This document shows positions 9,312 through 18,788 of a stretch of 64,000 bases of DNA, in pieces. This DNA is from an uncultured Chloroflexia bacterium (lineage in GTDB: Bacteria; Chloroflexota; Limnocylindria; Limnocylindrales; CSP1-4), in contig CAWHYQ010000001.1 of assembly GCA_963833705.1 (NCBI GenBank), positions 571,656-635,655 of the forward strand. The letters run 5' to 3'. The stretch's first letter is position 1. Every line of letters begins with the position of its first letter. A model generated the notes under the pieces. It did not search any database. It was not told where the DNA came from and saw only the letters and a program-made list of their open reading frames with translations. The position numbers were made by a program, and so were the translations under genes.

Positions 9312-9711
9312 TTGCGCGCGACTCGGAGGATCGCCGTCATCGGCGCATCCTCGAGTCCCGGCCGTCCGTCGTTACGGCGTGTTCCGCTATCTCGTCGAGC
9401 ACGGGTTCGAGTGCGTCCCCATCAATCCGAACGAGCGCGAGGTCCTCGGGGTGGCGGCGTTCGAGAGCCTGGCGGAGGCGGTCGCCGCCTCCGGTCCGTT
9501 CGACCTGGTCGACGTCTTCCGGCGCTCGGAGCTGTGCGTGCCGCATGCCCGCGAGGCGGTCGCCGCCGGGGCGCGCTGCCTGTGGTTGCAGCTGGGCGTG
9601 GTCGACTGGGAGGCCGCACGGATCGCCCACGACGCCGGTCTCGCCGTGGTGATGGACCGCTGCACGGCCATCGAGTGGCGCCGCGTCGAGGGCCGCGGGG
9701 TCAGCGGATGA
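9312..9711 (+). pseudogene. CoA-binding (YccU/YneT-like) protein, frame interrupted near 9372
   Basis: The glycine-rich N-terminus RRIAVIGASSSPGRPS is in one frame (TTG at 9312 is a possible start). The continuation YGVFRYLVEHGFECVPINPNE...DLVDVFRRSE... is in the +1 frame (ORF 9289-9711). The junction reads ccg tcg t tac ggc. The N-terminal boundary is uncertain. Confidence 0.6.
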
Positions 9712-9973
9712 AGAACCCCAGGAAGACGAGGACCACGCCGCCGATCACGATGGCGACGGCGATCTGCGTCTGACGACGCAGGACGGCCATCGCGACCGAC
9801 GCCCCGGTCTTGCCGTCGTCGCGCACGCCGCCGCGCCACGCCTCATATCGGGCGACGTTGGCGTCCTGCGCCTTGAGCGCCTGATAGCGGGCCCACGGAC
9901 CTCGCGCGCGGTTGTAGCCGATGGCGATCAGGGCGATCCCACCGAGCCATAGCACGATGTTGAGTGGCCCCAC
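9701..9973 (-). CDS. Small membrane protein (two predicted TM helices), hypothetical
   Basis: GTG at 9973 preceded by gggaggg. Hydrophobic segments LNIVLWLGGIALIAIGY and IAVAIVIGGVVLVFLGFFI. Confidence 0.4.
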   Translation of the reverse strand: MGPLNIVLWLGGIALIAIGYNRARGPWARYQALKAQDANVARYEAWRGGVRDDGKTGASVAMAVLRRQTQIAVAIVIGGVVLVFLGFFIR

Positions 9974-9977
9974 GGCC

Positions 9978-11460
9978 TCAGCCCTCCCCTTCCCGGTCGG
10001 CGTCGAGTCGCTCACGCACGGCGGCATCGACGAGCGCCGCGCTGGCCTGACCGCGGGTCGCCTTCATGACCTGGCCGACGAGGAAGCCGACCGCCTGGGT
10101 CTTGCCGGCACGGTAGTCCGCCACCGCCGCCGGGTTCGCGGCAAGCGCGGCGTCGACCGCGGCGCCGACGGCGTCCGTGTCGGTGATCTGACGGAACCCG
10201 CGCGCGGCGATGATCCCGGCCGCGGACTCCCCGGTCTCGGCGTGCGCCGCGAGGACCTCGCGACCCTGGGCGCGCGAGATCGATCCGGATGCCGTGGCCC
10301 CGACGATCGCGCCGAGCTCCGCGGGCGCCACGACGGGCGCGGTGTCGGCCGCGTTGCCGGAGTCCCAGGTACTCCCCGGTGACCCAGTTCGCGAGGGCCT
10401 TCGGGTCGAGCCCGGGCACGGCCGCAAGGGTCGCTTCGAACAATCCGGTCGCATCCGGGTCCGCGACGAGGACCCCGGCGTCGTAGGCGTTCAGGCCGAC
10501 GGTCTCGCGATAGCGGAGACGGCGCGCGGCGGGGAGCTCGGGCAGGGCGGCCTTGATCTCCGCTAACCAGGCCGCGTCGAGGTGCAACGGCGGCAGATCC
10601 GGCTCCGGGAAGTACCGATAGTCGTCCGACGTCTCCTTGATGCGCATGCGATACGTCGCGGCGCGCTCTTCGGACCAGCCACGAGTCTCCTGGACGAGTG
10701 GCTCGCCGGCGTCGAGGGCCGCGGTCTGCCGTTCGATCTCGAAGGCGATGGCCCGCTCCACGGCCCGGAACGAGTTCATGTTCTTGACCTCGACCCGGGT
10801 CCCGAACGGCTCCGTCCCGCGCGGCCGAAGGGACACGTTCGCCTCGACGCGTAGCTGGCCACGCTCCATGTCGGCATCCGAGGCCCCGATCGAACGGAGG
10901 AGCAGCTGGAGTTCCTCGGCGTAGCGACGGGCCTGTTCCGCGGTCCGGATGTCCGGCTCGGTCACGATCTCCATGAGCGGGGCGCCCGAACGGTTGAAGT
11001 CGACCAGGCTGACCTTCCGGCCCTCGGCGTCGGTGCCGTGCACGAGTTTGGCCGTGTCCTCCTCGAGGTGGGCGCGCGTGATCGTGACCGTGAACGGGCC
11101 ATCGGACGTGTCGAAGGTCAGCCGGCCGCGTGACGCCAGCGGCAGGTCGTACTGGCTGATCTGGTAGCCCTTCGGCAGGTCCGGGTAGAAGTAGTTCTTG
11201 CGGTCCCAGCGGGTCGCGGCCGGCGCGCTGGCGTCGATCGCCTCGCCCGCCGTGAGCACGAATTCGACGGCGCGACGGTTGATCGTCGGCAGGGCGCCCG
11301 GCAGGCCCAGGCAGACCGGGCAGACGTGCGTGTTCGGCGGCGCACCGTCGTAGGCGGTCGAACAGCCGCAGAACATCTTCGATGCCGTCCGGAGCTGACA
11401 GTGGACCTCGATCCCGATGACCGCCTCGTACCGATCGACCGCGTCGACGGTGGTGGTCAT
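9978..11460 (-). pseudogene. gatB: Asp/Glu-tRNA amidotransferase subunit B with one apparent frameshift near 10360-10370
   Basis: ATG at 11460 gives MTTTVDAVDRYEAVIGIEVHCQL...ANWVTGEYLG, after which the frame degenerates into Arg/Gly junk. The GatB/YqeY C-terminal domain (...APAELGAIVGATASGSISRAQGREVL...GFLVGQVMKATRGQA...) is in another frame (ORF 9978-10454). Confidence 0.85.
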
Positions 11461-11572
11461 CGGCGGCCTCGGCGGGATCGCGCGTCCATGCTCGTAGTTT
11501 CGCATAGGTCCAACGGCCGCAGGCTGTACCATCCCGCACGCCGGCTGTGCCTGAAACGCGACCACAGAGCGT

Positions 11573-11584
11573 GAGAGCGCTCTC
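11573..11584. promoter_or_regulatory. LacI-type operator O1: perfect 12-bp palindrome GAGAGCGCTCTC abutting a TTGACA hexamer (11585-11590)
   Basis: Read directly. Lies in the gatB/lacI-type divergent intergenic region. Confidence 0.6.
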
Positions 11585-11616
11585 TTGACAAGCCCTGTTA
11601 CTCTGCATTCTAAGCG

Positions 11617-11630
11617 TGAGAGCGCTCTCA
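11617..11630. promoter_or_regulatory. LacI-type operator O2: perfect 14-bp palindrome TGAGAGCGCTCTCA, 18 nt upstream of the regulator start
   Basis: Read directly. Shares the 17-nt string agcgtgagagcgctctc with O1. The central CG is typical of LacI/GalR operators. Confidence 0.65.
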
Positions 11631-11647
11631 CAACTGCGGAGTGACAA

Positions 11648-12700
11648 GTGGCCCAGCCCAACGGTCGCGTACGGCGCAGCGGTACCACCCTCGAGGAGGT
11701 CGCCCACGTGGCGGGCGTCTCCCGCGCGACCGTCTCCCGGGTCGTGAATGGCTCTCCGCGGGTCAGCCCCGACGTCCGCGTCGACGTCCTGGCGGCGATC
11801 GAACGGCTCGGCTACGTCCCCAATCGAGCCGCGCGCAGTCTCGTCACCCGGCGAAGCGACTCGATCGGCGTCGTCATCACCGAGCCGACCGGCCTGCTGT
11901 TCAGTGACCCGTTCTTCCCCCGCCTGCTCCGCGGCATCAGCTCGGAGCTGGCCGCCCGCGACCGCCAGCTCATCCTGCTGATGCCGGCCTCGGTCGCCGA
12001 CGAGCACCGCACCGCCGACTACATCACGGCCGGTCACGTCGACGGCGCCATCCTCGTCAGCCTGCATGGCGACGACCCGCTCCCCGAGCGGTTGTCCACG
12101 GCGGGCATCCCGCTCGTCCTGCTCGGTCGGCCACCGCGTGGCACCTCGGCGAGTTACGTCGACGCCGACAACCGCCAGGGCGCCCAGGCGGCCGTCGAGC
12201 ACCTGATCGCCGGCGGCCGCAAGGTCGTGGCCACGATCGCCGGCCCGCGCGACATGGCACCCGGTGTCGACCGCCTGGCCGGCTACCGCGATGCCCTGAC
12301 CGAGGCCGGCATGCCGATCGACCCGAGTCTCGAGGTCATCGGCGACTTCACCCAGGGGAGCGGCGTGACCGGGATGGAGCGCCTGCTCGCGGCCCGGCCC
12401 GACGTCGATGCCGTGTTCGCGGCCTCCGACCTGATGGCCGCCGGCGCACTTTCGGTCCTCGCCGCCGCCGGGCGACGGGTACCGGCCGACGTCGCGGTCG
12501 TCGGGTTCGATGACTCGCCTATCGCGACCTCCAGCGTCCCCAAGTTGACCAGTGTCCGGCAACCCATCGAGGAAATGGGCCACGAGATGGCCCGTCTGCT
12601 CATCGCCGCCGTGGAGGCCTCGGAACCCGTGCCCCGGCGCGTGATCCTGGCCACCGAGCTGGTACGGCGCGCATCGAGCGCCGGGAGGCCCGCGCCCTGA
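11648..12700 (+). CDS. LacI-family transcriptional regulator
   Basis: 350 aa, GTG start. HTH TLEEVAHVAGVSRATVSRVVNG followed by a periplasmic-binding-protein-like sugar-binding core. Confidence 0.85.
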   Translation: MAQPNGRVRRSGTTLEEVAHVAGVSRATVSRVVNGSPRVSPDVRVDVLAAIERLGYVPNRAARSLVTRRSDSIGVVITEPTGLLFSDPFFPRLLRGISSELAARDRQLILLMPASVADEHRTADYITAGHVDGAILVSLHGDDPLPERLSTAGIPLVLLGRPPRGTSASYVDADNRQGAQAAVEHLIAGGRKVVATIAGPRDMAPGVDRLAGYRDALTEAGMPIDPSLEVIGDFTQGSGVTGMERLLAARPDVDAVFAASDLMAAGALSVLAAAGRRVPADVAVVGFDDSPIATSSVPKLTSVRQPIEEMGHEMARLLIAAVEASEPVPRRVILATELVRRASSAGRPAP

Positions 12701-12813
12701 GCCGGCCGGCCACCGGCGGACGCCACGCCGTCTACAGGTTCGGCGTCCATCAACCCCCAGTCCCCATGAGGTGGGAGATCGCAGTTGATCTCGCAACGAG
12801 GAGGAGAAACAGG

Positions 12814-14331
12814 ATGAAACGTTCTCGATCCACACCACGCGCCTTGATCGTCCTCACGGGCGTCATCGCCATCGTGGCGGCAGCCTGCGGCGGTGCGACG
12901 ACGTCGACCGCCCCGAGCGCCGCCGCACCGAGCGCGGCCGCACCGAGCGCCGCCGCACCGAGCGCGGCCGCTGTCACCACGCCGTCGCTCGTCGCCATCA
13001 CGCCCGCCCCGATCGCGGCCGGCCCCGGCCCGAACGGCGGCAAGGTCGTCCGCTGGTTCATCGGCCTCGGCACCGGCGGCAAGCCGGACCAGATCGCCGC
13101 CGAGCTGAAGGTCGCAACCGACTTCAACGCCGACCCGGCCAACAAGAACAAGGTCTACCTGTCGACCGAGATCTACGACAACAACGTCGCGGCCAACCAG
13201 CTCCAGATCGAGATCGCCGCCGGCAACCCACCGGACATCATCGGGCCGGTCGGTGTCGAGGGCCTCAACATCTTCCGCAGCCAGATCCTCGACCTCGCGC
13301 CCCTTGTCCAGAAGAACAACTACGACGTCAGCAACATCGATCCGAAGCTCGTCGAGCTCTGGAAGATGGGTGAAGGCAATGCCTTGATCGGCCTGCCGTT
13401 CGCCACGTACCCCTCATTCCTGTACTACAACAAGAAGCTGTTCGATGAGGCCAAGCTCCCCTACCCGCCGACCAAGGTCGGGGACATGTACCAGGGCAAG
13501 CCGTGGGACATGGACGCCGTCAAGGCGATCGGGATGAAGCTGACCGTCGACTCCAAGGGCAATGACGCCACGAGCTCCAGCTTCGACCCGAACAGCATCG
13601 TCCAGTGGGGCTTCGACTCCCAGTGGGCGGACAACAACCCCTTCGCCGAGTCGGCCATCTTCGGCGCGAGCTCCCTCGTCGCCGCCGATGGCAAGACCGC
13701 CCAGATCACGGATCCCCTCAAGACCGGGCTCCAGTGGTTCAGCGACGGGGTCTGGAAGGACCACTTCATCCCGACCTACGCGCAGCTCAACAGCGCGCTG
13801 CTTGGCCCGGGCAACTCGTTCCAGTCGGGCAACCTGGCGATGGCCGAGACGCACAGCTGGTACATGTGCTGCATCAACCCGGCCGCGCCGGCCAAGCCCA
13901 GCTTCACCTGGGGCGTCGCCGTCGCTCCGGCCTACAACGGCAAGACCACGGCCAAGCTGCACGCCGACACGTTCAGCCTGCTCAAGTCCACCAAGAACCC
14001 GGACGAGGCCTTCTCTGCCCTCACCGTGCTGCTCAACTCGGGCGCCCTGCTCGCCGACTACGGCGCGTTCCCGGCCGACAAGACCAAGCAGCAGGCCTTC
14101 TTCGACACGATCAACAAGCAGTACCCGGGCGTGACGATCGACTGGTCGGTGCCCCAGGCCATGCTGTCCTACCCGGACATCCCCAACCACCAGTCCTACG
14201 TGCCGAACTACGCCAAGGCGAAGGCGGCACTCCAGGCCCTCGGCAATGCGTACCGGACCAAGCAACTCGACATCCCCGCCGAGTTGACGAAGTTGCAGAC
14301 GACCCTCCAGGGCATCTTCGACACCCCGTAA
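12814..14331 (+). CDS. CUT1-family sugar ABC transporter substrate-binding lipoprotein
   Basis: ATG at 12814 after gaggagga. Signal peptide plus lipobox VAAAC. Large (about 500 aa) extracellular solute-binding protein-like sequence. Confidence 0.85.
   Translation: MKRSRSTPRALIVLTGVIAIVAAACGGATTSTAPSAAAPSAAAPSAAAPSAAAVTTPSLVAITPAPIAAGPGPNGGKVVRWFIGLGTGGKPDQIAAELKVATDFNADPANKNKVYLSTEIYDNNVAANQLQIEIAAGNPPDIIGPVGVEGLNIFRSQILDLAPLVQKNNYDVSNIDPKLVELWKMGEGNALIGLPFATYPSFLYYNKKLFDEAKLPYPPTKVGDMYQGKPWDMDAVKAIGMKLTVDSKGNDATSSSFDPNSIVQWGFDSQWADNNPFAESAIFGASSLVAADGKTAQITDPLKTGLQWFSDGVWKDHFIPTYAQLNSALLGPGNSFQSGNLAMAETHSWYMCCINPAAPAKPSFTWGVAVAPAYNGKTTAKLHADTFSLLKSTKNPDEAFSALTVLLNSGALLADYGAFPADKTKQQAFFDTINKQYPGVTIDWSVPQAMLSYPDIPNHQSYVPNYAKAKAALQALGNAYRTKQLDIPAELTKLQTTLQGIFDTP
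12910..12969 (+). repeat. 15-bp tandem repeat x4 encoding (APSAA)4 after the lipobox
   Basis: gccccgagcgccgcc gcaccgagcgcggcc gcaccgagcgccgcc gcaccgagcgcggcc. Serine is encoded by AGC here but by TCG in the repeat at 4219-4320. Confidence 0.9.
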
Positions 14332-14425
14332 GCTTCACCCCCAGCGGCGTCCCGAGCGGGTCCCCCGCTCGCTCGGGACGCCGACCCATCCCCTCCCCAC
14401 CCGACCACTTGGAGCTGGCTCCGTC

Positions 14426-15388
14426 ATGACCGAGTCGACCCAGGCGCTGCCCGCGACGCCGACCCGACCCGGCCGGTGGCCCTGGCACCTCCGGAAGACC
14501 TCCCGCGAAGCCTTCTGGGGCTACGTCTTCATCTCCCCGTGGCTCGTCGGCCTGGTCCTGTTCACCGCCGGGCCGATGATCGCGTCGTTCGCGATGTCAC
14601 TGACGAACTTCGATCTCCTGCATGCGGAGAGCACCCGGTTCGTCGGACTCGACAACTACGTCCACATGATGAGCGACCCGCTCGTCGCGACCTCCCTGAT
14701 CTCGACATTCAAGTTCGCCCTCCTCGTCATCCCGCTGACGATGGTGATGAGCCTGGCATTCGCGCTGTTGCTCAACAGCCCTCGTCTCGTGGGACGCGGA
14801 CCGCTGCGCACCCTCGTGTACATGCCGATCATGATCCCGCTGGTCGCCAGCACCCTCATCTGGACCGGCTTCCTGAACTCGAACACGGGCTGGCTCAACC
14901 AGATCATCGCGGGCTTCGGCCTGCGCGGCCCGGACTGGATCAATAGCGAGGTCTGGATCTACCCGGCGCTCTCGCTGATCGGCCTGTGGGCGATCGGCAA
15001 CTTCATGATCATCAACATCGCCGGACTGCAATCGGTCCCGACCGAGCTCTACGAGGCGGCCAGGATCGATGGCGCGAGCGCCTGGAAGACGCTCCGCCGG
15101 ATCACGATCCCGCTGATGTCGCCCGTCCTGCTCTACAACCTCGTCATCTGCCTGATCGCGACGTTCCAGTACTTCACCCAGGTCTACGTGATGACCAACG
15201 GGCACGGTGACCCGAACAACGCGACGCTGTTCATCAACCTCGAGTTGTTCCGCGAGGCGTTCGTCTTCAGCAAGATGGGCTACGGCTCCGCGATCGCCTG
15301 GCTCCTGTTCGCGATCGTCATGGTGCTGGCCCTGCTGTTGTTCGCGTTCGCGCGCAAGCGGGTCTATTACGCGGGCGACCAGCGATGA
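14426..15388 (+). CDS. Sugar ABC transporter permease (MalF/UgpA-like)
   Basis: 320-aa polytopic ORF with an EAA-like loop (YEAARIDGASAWKTLRRITIP). Confidence 0.85.
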   Translation: MTESTQALPATPTRPGRWPWHLRKTSREAFWGYVFISPWLVGLVLFTAGPMIASFAMSLTNFDLLHAESTRFVGLDNYVHMMSDPLVATSLISTFKFALLVIPLTMVMSLAFALLLNSPRLVGRGPLRTLVYMPIMIPLVASTLIWTGFLNSNTGWLNQIIAGFGLRGPDWINSEVWIYPALSLIGLWAIGNFMIINIAGLQSVPTELYEAARIDGASAWKTLRRITIPLMSPVLLYNLVICLIATFQYFTQVYVMTNGHGDPNNATLFINLELFREAFVFSKMGYGSAIAWLLFAIVMVLALLLFAFARKRVYYAGDQR

Positions 15389-16467
15389 CCAAAGCCGCCA
15401 CCGCGACGCAGCGGTCGTTCAGCGAGCGCAGCCCGATCGCGCGGACCTATCGGCGGTACCTTGCCAAGGCCTCGCTCACGATGTTCGCGGTGATCATCGT
15501 GAGCGCCTACCTGCTCCCGCTGCTGTACATGGTCTCCACCTCGTTCCAGCAGCCGTCGCAGATCTCGGCGCCCGGGGCCCCACCCTGGCCGGCCGCGCCG
15601 CAGACGGGGACCTACGAAGGCCAGGAGTACCCGATCTATGACGTCCCGATCGACGGCGCCACCCGCCAGCTGATGCTCGTCGAGGCCGGCCGCGAATCGA
15701 GCACGTTCGTGGATCCGGCCGACCCGACCGCGACGAAGATCGAATGGCAGGGCCGCTGGCGGAGTCTCCAGCAGGCCTGGCGGTTCTCGCCACTGGTCGA
15801 CAACTACACGACGGTCTGGAACCAGCTCAACTTCCCGAGACTCCTGACCAACACCATCGGGATCGCCGTCCTGAGCACCGCCGGCGCGGTCATCTCGTCC
15901 GTCCTCGTGGCCTACGGGTTCGCGCGGTTCCGGTTCCCCGGCCGGAACGTCTTCTTCATCATCCTGCTGGCCACCATCATCCTGCCCTTCCAGGTGACGC
16001 TCCTGCCGACCTACGTCATCTTCACCTGGCTCGGCTGGAACGGGACCTGGCTGCCGCTGATCATCCCGCACTGTTTCGCCAACGCGTTCAACGTCTTCCT
16101 GCTGCGCCAGTACTTCATGTCGATCCCGCGCGACCTCGACGAGGCGGCCATGATCGACGGCGCCGGACCGTTCAGGATCCTGCGCTCCGTGATCGTCCCG
16201 CAGTCGATCGCGGCCATCACGGCCGTCGCGCTGTTCCATTTCTTCTTCGCCTGGAACGACTTCTTCGTGCCGCTGCTGTACCTGGCCAACAAGCCCGAGT
16301 TGCAGCCGCTGTCGATCGGGATCCAGCAGTACAACGCCTTGTACGCGAGCCAGCCGACGCTCATCCAGGCGTCGGCGCTGCTGACCATGGTCGTCCCCGT
16401 CGTCGTGTTCCTGCTGGCCCAGCGCGCGTTCATGCGCGGCGTGGTCATCACCGGCGTCGAGAAATGA
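15385..16467 (+). CDS. Sugar ABC transporter permease (MalG/UgpE-like) with an enlarged first extracytoplasmic loop
   Basis: 360-aa ORF with an EAA-like loop (DEAAMIDGAGPFRILRSVIVP) and a 4-nt overlap with the upstream permease. Confidence 0.85.
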   Translation: MTKAATATQRSFSERSPIARTYRRYLAKASLTMFAVIIVSAYLLPLLYMVSTSFQQPSQISAPGAPPWPAAPQTGTYEGQEYPIYDVPIDGATRQLMLVEAGRESSTFVDPADPTATKIEWQGRWRSLQQAWRFSPLVDNYTTVWNQLNFPRLLTNTIGIAVLSTAGAVISSVLVAYGFARFRFPGRNVFFIILLATIILPFQVTLLPTYVIFTWLGWNGTWLPLIIPHCFANAFNVFLLRQYFMSIPRDLDEAAMIDGAGPFRILRSVIVPQSIAAITAVALFHFFFAWNDFFVPLLYLANKPELQPLSIGIQQYNALYASQPTLIQASALLTMVVPVVVFLLAQRAFMRGVVITGVEK

Positions 16468-18788
16468 GCGTCGATCCGCCGGACATCCCGATCGCGGCCT
16501 GGCGACGGCCGATGGGCCTGCCCTGCCCGGACGCCGGCCATCCCCGGGTCGACACGCCGATGACCGATGACGGGTCATGGGCCGGCGTCCCGATCGGTGG
16601 ACTCGGTACCGGCAGCATCGGGCGTACCCACCGCGGCGATGCGGCACGCTGGCACCTCGAGGTCGGGCGACATGCCTTCGGCCCGGTGGCCGCGGATACC
16701 TTCTCGGTGTTCGTCGGGCGGCCCGGCGGCGAAGGCCACGCGACCGTCCTGTCGACCCTCCGTCCCGACGACCTGCCGAGTTGGGGCTGGAGGCTGCCCG
16801 TCGGTGGCGGGACGTACCATGCCCTGTTCCCACGGGCCTGGCAGGCGTTCGAACCGAACGTCCTCGGAGTCCGGCTCGTGGGGGAGCAGCTGAGTCCGGT
16901 CATCGCCGGCGACCTCGTGTCGAGCGCGCTGCCGGTCGGGGTCTTCGAGTGGTGGGTCGAGAACCCGGGTCCCGACCCGCTGACCGTCGGGATCATGCTC
17001 AGCTGGCAGGACCCGTCATCCGATCCGACCGTGCCCGCCCCCGCCGGGGCGTGGCACGAATCCGTCGCAACCCACGATGCTGGCGGGGCGATCCTCCACG
17101 CCCCCGTCAGCGCTCCGTCGGGTCTGCGCGGGACGTTCGCCCTGGCGGCGTCCCGCGCACCCGGCGTGACGATCTCGACTCGGACCCGCTTCGACGCGCG
17201 GGCGGATGTCGAGCTCTGGGAGGATTTCGCGACGGACGGACGGCTCGATCCGTCCGACGAACGTCGTCCGAGCAGCGCCGGCGAGGCGATCGGTTCGGCC
17301 GTGGCCGCGACCGTCGACCTGGCACCGGGCGAACGACGCTCGGTCCGGTTCGCCCTCGCGTGGGACTTTCCCCTGGTCGAATTCGGGGCGGGTCGGCGCT
17401 GGTGGAAGCGCTACACGCGGGCGTGGGGACGGAGCGGCGAGCGCGCCTTCGACCTCGCCCGGCATGCCCTCGATCGCGCGACGACCTGGCGCGACGCCAT
17501 CGAGGCCTGGCAGCGGCCCGTCCTCGAGTCGCACGAGCGGCCCGACTGGTACAAGGGCGCCCTCTTCAACGAGCTCTACTTCCTGGTCGACGGCGGCTCG
17601 TTCTGGGAGGCCGGGGAAGTCGACGGCCCGGAGCCCGAACCGGACGACCCGGGTCGGTTCGCCCTGCTCGAATGCACCGACTACCCCTTCTACGACAGCG
17701 TGGACGTCGACTTCTACGCCTCGTTTGCCATCCTGCGACTGTTCCCAGAACTCGAGGCGCGCGGGATCCGAGATCTGTTGGCGGCGATCGCGGTCGACGA
17801 CCCGGAGATCGTGACCATCGAGGCGTCCGGGCTCCCGGCGCCGCGAAAGATGGGCGGCACCGTCCCACACGATGTGGGCGGCCCGGACGACGACCCGTTC
17901 TACCGGCCCAACCGGTACAAGTATCAGGACGTCAACGACTGGAAGGATCTCGGGCCGAAGTTCGTCCTCCAGACGTGGCGCGACGCGGTCGCTGCCGGTC
18001 CGGACGGCGACGTCCTCATCCGCGACGCGTGGCCGACGGTCCAGGCCCTGATGACCCGGCTGGCGGCGAGGGACCGCGACGGCGACGGGCTGCCGGAGCA
18101 CGACGGGCTCCCCGACCAGACGTACGACACGTGGCCCATGCGTGGACCGTCGGCCTACGGCGGCTCCCTATGGCTGGCCGCGCTGGCCGCGGCCGAGGCG
18201 ATGGCCGGCCGGCTCGGCGACACGGCCGGACGACGGCACTGGGAGGGCTGGTTCGAGCGCGCCCAGGTCGCGTTCGATCTCCGCCTGTGGCGCGGCGACT
18301 ACTACGCGTACGACGACGGCGGCGGCGTGAGCTCGGACAGCATCATGGCGGACCAGCTCGCGGGCCAGTGGTATGCGGACGCGACCGGTCTCGGCGATCT
18401 CGTGCCATCGGAGCGGGTCGATTCCGCGCTTCGCACCATCCATCGCTCGAACGTCTGCGGGTTCGCCGGCGGCACGATGGGTGCGGTCAACGGCACGCGG
18501 CCGGACGGCACGGTCGATCCGTCGAGCGAGCAGTCGGCCGAGGTGTGGGTCGGGACGACCTACGCGCTCGCCGCGTTCATGATCGGGCGCGGACTGGTGG
18601 ACGAGGGATGGTCCACCGCGAGCGGTGCGGCGGCCGTCACCTACGGGCGAGGCCTCTGGTTCCGGACGCCCGAGGCGTATGACATCAGCGGCGACTTCCG
18701 AGCGAGCCTGTACGTGCGACCCCTGGCCATCTGGGCGATCGAGGAGGCGCTGGAGCGCCGCTCACGGGACGCCGCGGCCAAGCGCTGA
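16464..18788 (+). CDS. GH116-family beta-glucosidase (GBA2/glucosylceramidase-like)
   Basis: ATG at 16464 (ATGA overlap). N-terminal VPIGGLGTGSIGRTHRGDAARW and catalytic-domain DQTYDTWPMRGPSAYGGSLWLAALAAAEAMA resemble GH116 hallmarks. Confidence 0.8.
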   Translation: MSVDPPDIPIAAWRRPMGLPCPDAGHPRVDTPMTDDGSWAGVPIGGLGTGSIGRTHRGDAARWHLEVGRHAFGPVAADTFSVFVGRPGGEGHATVLSTLRPDDLPSWGWRLPVGGGTYHALFPRAWQAFEPNVLGVRLVGEQLSPVIAGDLVSSALPVGVFEWWVENPGPDPLTVGIMLSWQDPSSDPTVPAPAGAWHESVATHDAGGAILHAPVSAPSGLRGTFALAASRAPGVTISTRTRFDARADVELWEDFATDGRLDPSDERRPSSAGEAIGSAVAATVDLAPGERRSVRFALAWDFPLVEFGAGRRWWKRYTRAWGRSGERAFDLARHALDRATTWRDAIEAWQRPVLESHERPDWYKGALFNELYFLVDGGSFWEAGEVDGPEPEPDDPGRFALLECTDYPFYDSVDVDFYASFAILRLFPELEARGIRDLLAAIAVDDPEIVTIEASGLPAPRKMGGTVPHDVGGPDDDPFYRPNRYKYQDVNDWKDLGPKFVLQTWRDAVAAGPDGDVLIRDAWPTVQALMTRLAARDRDGDGLPEHDGLPDQTYDTWPMRGPSAYGGSLWLAALAAAEAMAGRLGDTAGRRHWEGWFERAQVAFDLRLWRGDYYAYDDGGGVSSDSIMADQLAGQWYADATGLGDLVPSERVDSALRTIHRSNVCGFAGGTMGAVNGTRPDGTVDPSSEQSAEVWVGTTYALAAFMIGRGLVDEGWSTASGAAAVTYGRGLWFRTPEAYDISGDFRASLYVRPLAIWAIEEALERRSRDAAAKR

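Noticed and set aside
12775-12792. The inverted repeat GAGATC-N6-GATCTC upstream of the sugar-binding protein gene as a second LacI operator.
   Set aside because: Its sequence and symmetry differ from the TGAGAGCGCTCTCA sites, it has only 6-bp arms, and it could equally be a small hairpin in a read-through transcript. Noted but not called.
10064-12838. Very long ORFs on the opposite strand or in an alternate frame of real genes. Examples: 10064-12838 (924 aa), 27190-29634, 29139-31775, 38644-41385, 42590-44626, 60883-63381, and the N-terminal 240 codons of 15744-18788.
   Set aside because: Their translations are Arg/Pro/Gly/Ala-rich low-complexity strings with no motifs. They overlap genes with clear family signatures. 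This is the classic shadow-ORF artefact of ~70% GC DNA, where stop codons are rare.
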